Shown in pieces: positions 34,642 through 46,130 of a stretch of DNA of 64,000 bases. Position 1 is the stretch's first letter. Each line of letters opens with the position of its first letter. This DNA comes from Pocillopora damicornis (Eukaryota), in assembly GCF_003704095.1 (NCBI RefSeq), contig NW_020845854.1, positions 186,001-250,000 on the forward strand, read 5' to 3'. A program made the position numbers and the translations under genes. The notes under the pieces were generated by a model. That model saw nothing but the letters and a program-made list of their open reading frames with translations, was not told the origin of the DNA and made no database searches.

Positions 34642-37600
34642 CTTCGGAAACTAGCCTTTGAAATTCAGTATTACTTTTGGAAAAATTCAGTATACCCCGA
34701 GTGGCCAGAATTTTCGGGGCAATGTGTTGAGGTAGAAAAGTGTAACAGTGTAACTGTAAATAGCTTGTAGGACAGGAGAAACAGGAAGACATTAATCGAT
34801 CAAAGAAACAATAGATAGGTATCAATTCGTATGAATCCAGGTTCGGAATGCAGATCTGAATTATTATTCCGTGTTTCTTCATAGTTTTGATGAGATGATA
34901 CAATACCGTGAAAATTATATTTTTTAAAAAACGGTAATAGTTAACGGCAACTCAGTGGGAACATTTACTATATGCAAAGTTCATCGAGCCATAATGAACC
35001 TTACATAAAGTTATTAACAAGGATGCTGCATATTTGACGGTCTCTCGTTCAGAAGCCTGGGTACAAAAACTGCGGTTTGCATGACAATGATTGCCTCGAA
35101 ATGTTAGGTATGTTCGCCGCTACTATTTTGATAGGGATGGCAACACTCGGAACTGATCGCGAATTTTACAAAGATCCGTAAGTGATAATGCCTTATTCAC
35201 TGGACTGTTGTTATGCCACGTTGTGACAGATCGTCAAGGGAGTAGGAGCATATTGTTTAATGAACGCATTTACTTTGCTGCATAGCAAATTTCGAGGGAC
35301 GCGATGTGAGTTTGAAACTTTCACCGTCAGTTTTTAATCGTCACTTATGTTCGTCTCTACGTTTGTCTGGCTTTCTACTCTCATTCTTGTGGTACTTCCA
35401 TTTTTATCAAGGCGAGTGTTATTTGGCCAACGACACCTGCTTTGCTTGTCAGTACAACTGCCTTACCTTTCTCCATCATAGATTACGGCAAATATAGGGT
35501 AATTAAGTCAACTTTTTAAAGGAAAGAGATCAAGTGAATCGAAAAAGCCTCAAATGGACCACAGAATTTTACCTTGTGTATGACTTACTTTTACCTCAGA
35601 GTTACACACTTTTAAGAGACGTATGTAGTTTTGTTTTTCTTTTTTGATTTTGATATGAACGATCGCTCCGAAGAAACATTTTTGGTTGTGAGTTTCTTTT
35701 ATATGTTTGAAGTCACGTGTATTAAGTCGAAAGATACGAATTTTATTTACTATTATTCAGCGCTTTAAATGGGCACCAATCTTCAAATTCTGTCAGCTCT
35801 TCCTCGAAATATTGACTTTTTATTTTCTAACCACGTTAAAATCCAAGGACGAAAAAAAGAAATAGTCGGGAGACATTCTTGAAACATTTGCACAAATGAA
35901 GAAAATTATTTTACTGAATAACTTTATTGAAAAGCTGTTTGGAACAGAGTTAAAACTAGTGTGAGAGTTGGACACATTGACGTCCTATCTGAAATGGATC
36001 CCGCTGGTTTTAATATCAGTTGTAAGTTTCAAACCGTAAATGCAGTTGTCTTTTTGTGAACAATGTATCCACACTGTCTTAACTTTAAAACTAGTGCTGA
36101 TGACATCACGATAATGGAGAAAACGCATTCTTGGTGGTGACTTTGCTTGGTTAGGATCTCATCGACAAACCTAGCACTGCCTTTTGCATGCATGCATAAA
36201 TATGATATCAAGATCGTACAAATTTGTTAAATGGTTGTCTAATGGTTCTTTATTGGTTCCACTTGAGTTTGACTGGAAATTTTGTTAGGTGGAAAAATTG
36301 ATAACAATAAACTTATAGGAACAAAGAAACATGCCTGTGTTACTGGAATGGTTAGGGGCTTACCAGTTAGCATGGCCAAAAGAATAAACTTCAAACATTT
36401 CCTCCTTTACACTCGCTTTTGTCTTAGTAGGAAACACCTTTAGCAGGAGATTGCCTTGTGAGTGAGAAGGAACCAGGACGAGAAAAGTCGTCTTCAATTG
36501 TGTTTAAAATTCTTGGTTGTTAATTACGTCGATCCCACTACAGTAACTCGGGAGATTTGTAGGAAGCAGAATGAAGAATAAGCATACTGATTTTAGGGTT
36601 AACTTACCGCATATATACGATAGTACGAGTTGTTAAACCTTATGATGGAAATTGTTCTACATCAGTGTAACGCTAATCTGCACGAAATACTCATTTAGTT
36701 ACGACACTCACTACTTACGTAATATACTTTGATTAGTCCAAAGAGATCTGTTGGTACAACTGGGTAATTTAACATTGTCAACTGAGTTGAAACAACTTGT
36801 TGGCATAACTGTTGCCGTTCAAGAATTAAGTTAAAGAAATTCCTAAATGTCACTGTCTCCTTGACCCTNNNNNNNNNNNNNNNNNNNNNNNNNNNNNNNN
36901 NNNNNNNNNNNNNNNNNNNNNNNNNNNNNNNNNNNNNNNNNNNNNNNNNNNNNNNNNNNNNNNNNNNNNNNNNNNNNNNNNNNNNNNNNNNNNNNNNNNN
37001 NNNNNNNNNNNNNNNNNNNNNNNNNNNNNNNNNNNNNNNNNNNNNNNNNNNNNNNNNNNNNNNNNNNNNNNNNNNNNNNNNNNNNNNNNNNNNNNNNNNN
37101 NNNNNNNNNNNNNNNNNNNNNNNNNNNNNNNNNNNNNNNNNNNNNNNNNNNNNNNNNNNNNNNNNNNNNNNNNNNNNNNNNNNNNNNNNNNNNNNNNNNN
37201 NNNNNNNNNNNNNNNNNNNNNNNNNNNNNNNNNNNNNNNNNNNNNNNNNNNNNNNNNNNNNNNNNNNNNNNNNNNNNNNNNNNNNNNNNNNNNNNNNNNN
37301 NNNGTTAGGCTCTAAATTGGACAAATTGTAACCGTCAGTCGTAAAAAAAAAGTTTATTGTGAAGATTTCCTTTCAATCGTAACGGAGTGAAACCAGTGTT
37401 AGCTGTAAAATGGCCAAAACATGAACCGTTAGCCGTAAAAGCCATCACTCCGGCCATTGAGACTTTTTACCAAGCAAGCGTTTGATTGACATTGGTTGTG
37501 GCTTTCACATGACTTTAAACCGAAAATGGAAGACACATGATTGTCAGTAAAAAATACGCCTCTGTTGTTTTCGTTGTATTTTTTGGTTATTAATGCTCAA

Positions 37601-39175
37601 GAAGTTAACTGTTTAAGAATGTTCTTGTATCTGATTTGACCCTTCCTTAAAGCAAAAGAGTTTCCACGTGCACCGTGCGAACTTGAAGGTCAGTAGACAG
37701 ACATTGTCCAGTGTTTAATTTGTTCTGTAGCATAATTTGATCTTCATCGTCCAATGTTTCCGCATGGTTTCATAGTCTGAAAGGCGTGCAATTTAAATTT
37801 TAAACTAATCCAGTCCACCATTTGAATTACATAAGCGACCTGATCGAAGATTTCGCGCTATAGGACTTTGGATCATAGAGTCGGGTACGAGAGAGGATAC
37901 AAGTCTCATTAGGGAAAAAACCGGCGTACGAACGAACACCTGGAAGCGTGTGGAAAAGGGAAAACTCTCCCGATCTCCCGCTCTATCCTAACCATTTTGT
38001 GCGATACTCTAACTCCGTGTAACGTCTTTGAGGTATGTATTTTAAAAACAGCGACTGGATCTTCAGGGATCTATTATTATGATAATATACATATAAATAT
38101 TTATATAAAAACAAGAAAAACAGCGTAATAAGAAATATAATGCATGTTCTTTAAATAGCTCTAGTAGTGGATGTTTATACAGGTAATAGAAAAATTTAAC
38201 CGCTTTCCGAATACATTTAATAACAAAAATAACTGAATCCAAAACAGACAAGTCCATACAGTACAACTACTGCTCGCGTGAAAAATTATTATGTAGACTA
38301 TCAAAACCACGTGACGGGCGCGAATGTCACGCGATGATATGTTAACGAAATGGTTGTGCAAAAGCGGTTTGCGAGTTATATCCAAATACTTGGTAAAACG
38401 GATGGAAGAGATAAACCACGTTATCTTAGAAAATCTGAAACAAAAATTTAACTTTCCAGATTAGTTTATCGTGTTTTTAAAGAACCGCGCCATGCTTATC
38501 ACTAGCAGCTAATATCAAGCGGTTATTCTGTTTCAACGGCTTTAAAAAAATGACTCATGCTGGCTGTATCGGTTTCATCTGATGCATGCGCTGCTCAAAG
38601 TCTAACGTTAAGCTTTCACCTTTGTGATCCGCGGCAAAGGTTTAGTATTGGAAAACTACTGTAACAGCTGTAAATCGCCACCGAGCGTGGAGGCTGTAGA
38701 CCTCAGTTCAAGAAAAAGGTAGAGTTGTTCGTCAGCCTGAATTCTGAATTAGCCTGCATGCAGGCTTTGCTTGGTAGTCTACAGCGTGGCGAACACGCGA
38801 GAACCGTGGTGATGAGCGTATCGATCTTGCGACCTCGCTACTATGCCAAAGCCTCTAGTAGAGCTTGCAGCTAATCTTCAATTATATAAGACAAGTTTTG
38901 ATGTTTTGAGTAGTTTTAGGCCTCGTTAGAAACTGACGATAGTGTTAGGGAAGGGAAAGTGCATGGAAGTCAAAATTGGCGATTTCGATGTAGCAGAATT
39001 TATCTTGAGGCAATCTGAACAACCGTATTTATTCAGTGGAATTTTAATAGATTGAAAATAACTTATTCTTGGAAAAACCTCTGATTGTTTTGTTTCATAG
39101 ATCCTTCTCTCCCGCTTTCCCTTCTACTCAAGCTTGGCTATCAGAAAATAGTAACACTTGCAGATTATTCAGCGC

Positions 39176-39381
39176 TTAACCCTTTAACTCCCAAGATTTC
39201 ATTAGTAATTCTCCTTACTGTCTGCCAAACAATTTATGTGATGTTTGTTTGGAGAATTTGGATCAGCCAACAATCTCCTAATTGATATTTTTCTTTATTC
39301 TCATTACTAGTCTGATTGATATCATATTGATAGTGTAAGGAGAAATTCTCTCTCGATCACTAGTGGGACTTAAAGAGTTGA
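39176..39381. mobile_element. piggyBac-type MITE copy
   Basis: TTAA-CCCTTTAACTCCCAAGA…GGGACTTAAAGAG-TTGA. Confidence 0.7.
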
Positions 39382-40114
39382 AGGGATGTGAGATGAAAAA
39401 AAAAATGGTTCTTCTGCCACCAACAATGGAACTTTATTGAGAATTTTTCATCTTCTCCAGATTAACATACATATATACATAAAAGGACTCTGAAAGCCAT
39501 TGAATAATATTGTTTCTAGCCTCACAAAAGATACTTAAACTGACCCCCAAAGCAATATAGGTGAGGCAAATCTAATCTCTTCATTTTCCTGTGATGTAAT
39601 TGGCGTACATTTTTGTTTTGGAAAACAAAGTGAAAAAGGGAAAACGCGCTCTGCAAGTTTTTATTTTAAAAAAAGGCAAAAGAATGAAAGGTGAGAGGCA
39701 GAGCATCCTATTGTCGATGAAATTTTATCAATTGCAAGGGAGGATGAGGTACCTCGCTCCTGCTATCTGTTAAATATTTCGTTTTAACGTAGCATGTATT
39801 CAAATTGTACCTCAGCTTTTATTTACCTATGATATTTGATATGTAATTTATCCAATTTTTATAACTTTCAATATCGTTCATGAGGTTTGGAATCGTAATT
39901 TCAACTACTAGGGTCTGCACTTGGCATCGAAGAACTGTTTTATGACTTGCGAGTCTACTAGGAATCTACAGGGAAAAATAGTTACACATTGTTTCGATTT
40001 GGTCATTTGTAAACCGCTTTAGAGTTTTCGTTGCTAGCCTCTTGGTTTCACATTCTCCGCTATTTGCATAAGTTTACTTAAGCTGGTATTTAAATTTTAG
40101 ACAAGGGACGAAGA

Positions 40115-42204
40115 ATGCCGGCCTCTGTGAATTCTGGCCCCTTGATGACCCTTCAAGGAATTCTGAAAGTTCTAGAAATTGTAAGTTTTACGATCAACGA
40201 AATACGTTTATCAAAAATCCCTGTATGAAGGCTGTGCGNNNNNNNNNNNNNNNNNNNNNNNNNNNNNNNNNNNNNNNNNNNNNNNNNNNNNNNNNNNNNN
40301 NNNNNNNNNNNNAAAAGACAATCCCACTTAGTGAATAATTACAGATACCAAAATTTATGAAAGATACAAGTTTATGAAATGCAATTCTTTTAATTCGTTT
40401 GAAAGGTCTATTTTTTTTAGAAAAAACATGCATAAAAAGACAAGTGGAATGTGAAGAAGATAGAAAATGAGAAAAAGTGAAAGGGACTGGACAGAGTAAG
40501 GTAGAAGGAGGGATGAGAACCAAATGAAGAAACTGAGGGACAAGTCATTATTTGTCACGGGAGGGGGGGAGTGGGAAAGGTATTGGGGGGCTTTGGGGGA
40601 TCACATGGTATCGGGGGAACAAAGGAGGATAAGTAGTCGTTAACAACGTTTAGGGGAGGGGAGGGCGATTATTATGACTAGTGCTTATTTAAAAAAATGA
40701 GGATTACTGGCTCTCATATTTTTCACTTTATTTTTAAATGACATGAACAGGGTGTTAATTTGGAGGACGGTGAGGGATCACATGATTTTCAGGGGGGGAA
40801 AGAGGGGATCAGTAGTCGTTAACAGAGTATAAAGCGGGAGATTGTAATGACTGATCACTATTTACAAAAATTAGGGTACTGGCTCACATATATTTCTATT
40901 TTAACTGATGTTAACAGGGTTCCATTTGCGTGGCGTTTTCTTGCCTGGCTGAATTTGACCAAAAATATGCGCTCTTTTGGTATGAGGATTATCGATCGCG
41001 ATTTGACTTCTTCATGGCGGTGTTTGCTACAGGCTGGATCGTCGTCTTGTGCGTGTTTCTGACATTCATTTTTATATCGGAAGGGAATATAACAACTGGA
41101 AAGAACTGGGATATTCTGGTGAGTATATCAGTGCCGTTGATGTGGATCGAAAGTGACTGGAATTTGTTTTGAGAAGTATCTAAATTTGACTGAGAAAAAG
41201 CCAGCTAGGAATGACCCTTGATTGTTTTTACAGTAGAATCATGATAACTTGCCAGCAGGCAACGAAGCGAAGGGTCTGGCGAGAAAAATTTCATACCCCT
41301 CACAGAAATCGCTTATGCTCACTTGGCTCCCCCTGCTGGCTTTTCGAGGGCTTCGCTGTTTGTGCAACAACACTAATGAAACCTACTCGCAAGATAGAAT
41401 CTCTATTTCTTAAATCCAGGTTTCCTTGAAACTCCAAATAATTTGAATAATTTCCCGTTCTTCTGATTTATCCTCCATGCAGCTCCTAGTGTTCTACATT
41501 GTGTTTGTGGTGCTGTTTTTAATCTCCTCCTCTCTCATTGCGGACATTTTGAGAGACATGTACAGTGCCAATTGGCACAAAATTCCTCATCGCATGAGCT
41601 CCACCCACGTTCTGACTGTTTCTGTGGTAAGTGCATGCAAAAAATGCCAGTACTAGATAGGGGAAGGGGGTATTCTCAACATAAATATGACCGCCGGGGG
41701 TGATCCCACCTCCTTGAAAAAAATTGACTTGGGCAACTTAATTACCATAACCAACAATCGAACGTGGACCTTGTCATGAGGAAGTTAGCGCGCTGGCAGT
41801 TTAACCACCATTTCTGTCTCTACTTCATTGATTTAAGATACTTAATTTGCCATATCTCAGTGTAGATGCTGTGGTAATCGTTTGAACCCAGTATCTTGCT
41901 CTGCAGCTCAGTCGCGATTAGACTGTTCTTGTTTAGTTAGTCTCTAAGTTGATCCGATTGCAACTCTGTTTAGACATACGAGAAGATAAATATCTCATTT
42001 CATCAATTTTTGAAATTCATCCTATAATAGCTTTAGTTCCCACTTTTTCATTCATTATCTCTATTTCCTTTTTTTCTCCAGTGTTGTGGCTTTGTTTCGG
42101 CGGCTCTGTTTCTTATGGATTCCGCGATTCTGTATACGAAAATCAACGGCCGGCCTGACGATGAATCCTTGCCTGACCCTAACCCTGGATTTTACTTAGA
42201 TTAG
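40115..42204 (+). CDS. MARVEL-domain four-TM protein A (CMTM/plasmolipin/MAL-like), about 177 aa
   Basis: Exons 40115-40180, 40918-41118, 41483-41626, 42082-42204, all phase 0. TLQGILKVLEI|GSICVAFSC…RFDFFMAVFATGWIVVL…KNWDIL|LLVFYIVFVVLFLISSSLIA…TVSV|CCGFVSAALFLMDS; four hydrophobic segments with MARVEL-type motifs. Confidence 0.85.
40596..40920 (+). repeat. Diverged tandem duplication (about 160-180 bp) ending at the acceptor of MARVEL A exon 2
   Basis: GGGATCACATG…AGTAGTCGTTAACA…ATGACT…TACTGGCTC.CATAT…AACAGGGT occurs at 40596-40753 and 40773-40920. Confidence 0.7.
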
Positions 42205-45173
42205 ATTTAATTAAACCAGAGCAGTTAGTAGAACGTATATGCCACGTGATGCTCACATGCATCCCTTTTAAAGTGCATTGGAGGAAATGCAATGCCGGGG
42301 AAAGGTGTTGGCAGAAAAACTCCAACAAGAATCTTTTCAACAATACTCCTGCGCGTCATGATCCTGTTTCTACTTCCTTAACCTTAATGGGCCATTTCCG
42401 AATCAACTTTTGCCTCTTTTTCAAAACAAGACCTGGTGCTCAACCATTCGTATGAAAAATTAGTTTAATTTACATCTGAATGAGAATCTTATAGTTATAT
42501 AAAAACAGATCAGCACCAGGACTTGCTTTGAAAAAGAGGCTAAGGGTAAGTCGGAAATTAGCTATTCTTTATGATCAGACTCTCAATAAAAAAATATTTT
42601 GTGATCTTTTCTTAAACGACCCTGAATCTGCTATATAATGAACTTTTTTTGGTATCCCAAATGAATCAAGAGGTCAACAGATTTCCCTGCGACTGTGATT
42701 ATATGACAATCATGTATGTGAACAGCGGTTGAAGAAGTTAAATGAATATGATGGAGATCTTTGCCTTTTTTTCACTATAACTCAAGAAAGTTTATTACAG
42801 CGAATATCGTTGTCATATTCACATTTCCCTGTTTCATAATTTTCTTTATCCGACCCCTTCCTCAAAATAGCGCCAAATTTTCACTGCCAAATTAGTTTGT
42901 TGTCTCGTAATATCAGTGTGCCTGTGGCATTTTTAATGGGCTACGTTAATCAATGGAATCATTATTAGTGTCAGTAGACGTTGCCTTAAGCTAAATGGAG
43001 ATTATAAAAAAGAAAAGTTTGTCCTAAAAAACATGCTACTTCTATCTCAGCCTTAACGTGGAAAGTGTATACAAGATCCTATAAGTAGTTACTAATTTTT
43101 GCGTGCTGCGACTCCAAAGGGAACCTTATCATTGGACAATTGACTTCAACGATTCGACTATGAACGTCGCTATTTTTAGGGCAGTTCAAGAAACCTTGCT
43201 GCATTTCTTGAAACCTGACTCATAAAAACGCAGGTGCTACTGAAGAGCCTCTTGAGGTGTTTAAGTCAACATTTTGCAGAAAGGAAAACCTTCACAAAGA
43301 TTGAACAAACAATAAATTGGAATTAATTTTGATGAATTAAATTTTTTTTAACAAAGACATTGTCCCTCCTGATTGAGATGTTCTGCTGTAACAATGATAA
43401 AAAAAGATTTTGAAAAAGACGCAAGAATAAAAAGATATTCAATAAAAGTTACCACAGTGAAATTAAATTATGAGCAAATGGGACCATCTGACCCCAAAAG
43501 CGAATTTCAGTTTAAATAATTTAAGAAAGTAAAGCCTGAAAAAATAAATAAGGCTTAGAAAAGATTCGAATCCGTGCCTATCAAATTTTTGCTTTGGCAT
43601 TTTACGATGAAGCTGATATGGAAGAGGGACCAAACTTTTCGTATCTTGAAGGCGCGGGATCGAGTTCTGTCGATACTCCAATGCCTTTTTTCGGACTTAA
43701 ATATCGGATTTATCGAATTTTATTTCATGCGAGGGTATCTATTTGTTTGTTGTATACACAGTTCAAATAGGTTTTTATTTTTCAATATTTTTGTGATGAG
43801 CAATTTCATATATGGGCCCATAACCAACGCACCAGCAATAAATTTAACAGGAGTTTAATTTCCTGACGACTCGACCGAACTCTTCTATTTACAAGCCACT
43901 GCTTGTGGTTGCTAAGTAAAGTATTACGAACATAATACATCAAGAGCGGTACAACTAATTACAAGATTAGAAATAACATAGGAAATACAAAATAACAAGA
44001 AATTTGTATAACATAGGCAATATTAGTAACGTAAAAAATATGGGACACTCGACAAAAGGGCAATTTACCTGACAATTTTGGAATACGGCTGGCATAAGAA
44101 CGTACCAACGATTACATTTCAACTCGAGCTCACACCCTTTTTATTTGCATGATCCTCGCGAATGTCAAACTTACATGGCTAGCCGCGCGGACTGGTGCTA
44201 GGAGGGGGATTGGTTTCTATAGGCCAAAAATAGTAAATTAACTTACGCCACCAAGTACCAAACACCTGTAGTAGGTATCACTTTCACAATGCTTGAGAAG
44301 TTTACTTTTATAACACTTCCTTTATATCCTGTGCCTGTCTTTATTAATTCAGATCACTTTTCGTGCGTTAGTTTGTGAACAAAGCAATATTACATACCGT
44401 CCTTATAGTTACTCCCTTCAATTCCTTGTATTAAGTACCATCGATAAATTTTTGTCGCCAAAAATAACTGGCGAAGAAGAACTTCCTCAAATTAGGAAAT
44501 GCCTGCCGGATAATTTAGAAAAAAAATATTTGTGACTAATTTATTGAATTGAGAGTAGTATCGACTTTAAGAGCGACCTTGAACGTGAACGTGAAACGTG
44601 AGTTGCAATTGATTGGTTATGTAAAGTGCAATAATTCAAACAGATTTGAGGTTGGAAAAATTGATGAAAAGGTCTTCGATTGATCGCAGACTGAAAAATA
44701 AATATTTTGTGGCACATTTGTTTAATCTTCACCAGCGTTTACCTGTAAGCGTAAGTAGTCATGGATACAGTACCATTTTTATTAACACCTTTAAGGATTG
44801 CCCAGATCGATCGTCAAGTAATTTCCCCCACGATCATCGATTTACGGCTAAGCGAGAAAGTTGATATTAAACAAAGTTATAATTTAAGCATACGACGACC
44901 CGACTCAAAAAGAAATTCTCATTGATAAATTGTGAGAAATGCGTGGTGCAATTTAGGAGAAAGTAGCTTTTGAGCTTGGAGGATGTAATGCCAGCTGCAA
45001 GCTACTTTTGATTATAATCTTGGCTTCAGCGGAAATCTTGCCAATTGCCAAGTGACGTTCGAATATAAGATTGGTAAGCGAAGCGATTTGAATCACAAGG
45101 CACTTAGCACCGAGCGCGTTAACCACAAGTTGGACTCTTTTTTGTACCCTATATAATTCCAAAGTATTCTACC

Positions 45174-46130
45174 ATGTCAACTTTGGAAGAGTTGAGAAAC
45201 TTTCACAACGACCGGCTCTTTCACGAACTTGTATCTCGAACAACGCTTCTGGTTGTGGTGGAATCAGCAGTGATGGCTTTCGTAGCACTGAGCGCTTTCC
45301 TTGGAAACATATTGGTGTGTGTAGCGGTCACTCGAAACCCGCGTCTCCACACACCCACGAACGTTCTGATCTGCGCTCTCTCTGTGACCGATATCACAAT
45401 GTCGGTGTGTACGATGCCTCTAACCGTTGGTGTGCTGATATCGGGGCGCTGGATCTACAGTAAAGAAGTGTGTCAATTTCAGGGATCGTTCCCTCTGACA
45501 TTGGCGGTTATATCGCTACAACTCATGGTTGTCATTGCCATCAACAGATACCTTTGTGTCGTCAAACCCAATTTGTATCGCCGGATTTTTACGGTGAAGA
45601 AATCTATTGGATTCGCCGTGGGTGTTTTCTGCTTTGCATGCCTTCCAACCCTGTCTCCGATGTTTTACGCTCGCGACGATTTCACGTTTCACCCGGGAAA
45701 AGCATACTGCGCCTTCGCCATGGAGCAGAATTTCATCTTCGCCCTCTGCATGGGAATGGGGTTTATCATGAGTCCTTTTATCATCATGTCATGCCTGTAT
45801 TGCCGCATCTATTGGTCGGTACGTCGCGCAGTTTTCCCTCAAAGCGGCAACGCCGACTCAGAAAGCCAAAGAAATGCACACGTGCAGGAGGTGAAGGTCA
45901 CCAAAACTCTGGCGGCTGTCCTTATTGGCTTCTCTCTTTGTTGGTTTCCAATAATGATCATCGACCAGATCGACTTTACCAACGGCGCGCCAATGTTGCC
46001 GAGGCAAGTTTATTACTTTTACGGTTTGTCAATTTACATGTCCTCCGCCATCAATCCTGTTCTGTACGGACTCCTTAACAGGTCATTTCGCATCGAATAC
46101 AAGAAAATCATCACTTGCAAGTCTTCATGA
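45174..46130 (+). CDS. Class A (rhodopsin-family) GPCR with intronless CDS, melatonin-receptor-like NRY motif, 318 aa
   Basis: Seven hydrophobic segments; GN (TM1), LSVTD (TM2), C at the top of TM3, AINRY, YCRIY (TM5), CWFP (TM6), NPVLY (TM7), helix 8 FRIEYKKI and a C-terminal Cys. The ligand cannot be determined from sequence. Confidence 0.93.
   Translation: MSTLEELRNFHNDRLFHELVSRTTLLVVVESAVMAFVALSAFLGNILVCVAVTRNPRLHTPTNVLICALSVTDITMSVCTMPLTVGVLISGRWIYSKEVCQFQGSFPLTLAVISLQLMVVIAINRYLCVVKPNLYRRIFTVKKSIGFAVGVFCFACLPTLSPMFYARDDFTFHPGKAYCAFAMEQNFIFALCMGMGFIMSPFIIMSCLYCRIYWSVRRAVFPQSGNADSESQRNAHVQEVKVTKTLAAVLIGFSLCWFPIMIIDQIDFTNGAPMLPRQVYYFYGLSIYMSSAINPVLYGLLNRSFRIEYKKIITCKSS

Noticed and set aside
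35040-35185. Exon-like splice signals downstream of TRAPPC8
   Set aside because: The implied intron would be only about 26 nt and no coherent frame emerges.
36695-37331. Long ORFs of 209 and 156 aa in the ORF track
   Set aside because: Artefacts of translating through the N-gap; the same applies to ORFs spanning the other gaps.
45990-46075. GPCR as a possible opsin
   Set aside because: The retinal-binding Lys position in TM7 (six residues before NPxxY) is Tyr (YMSSAINPVLY).
45470-46078. 202-aa alternative-frame ORF inside the GPCR
   Set aside because: Starts at a non-ATG codon, has no recognisable motif, and is explained as a shadow of GC-rich codon usage in the GPCR frame.
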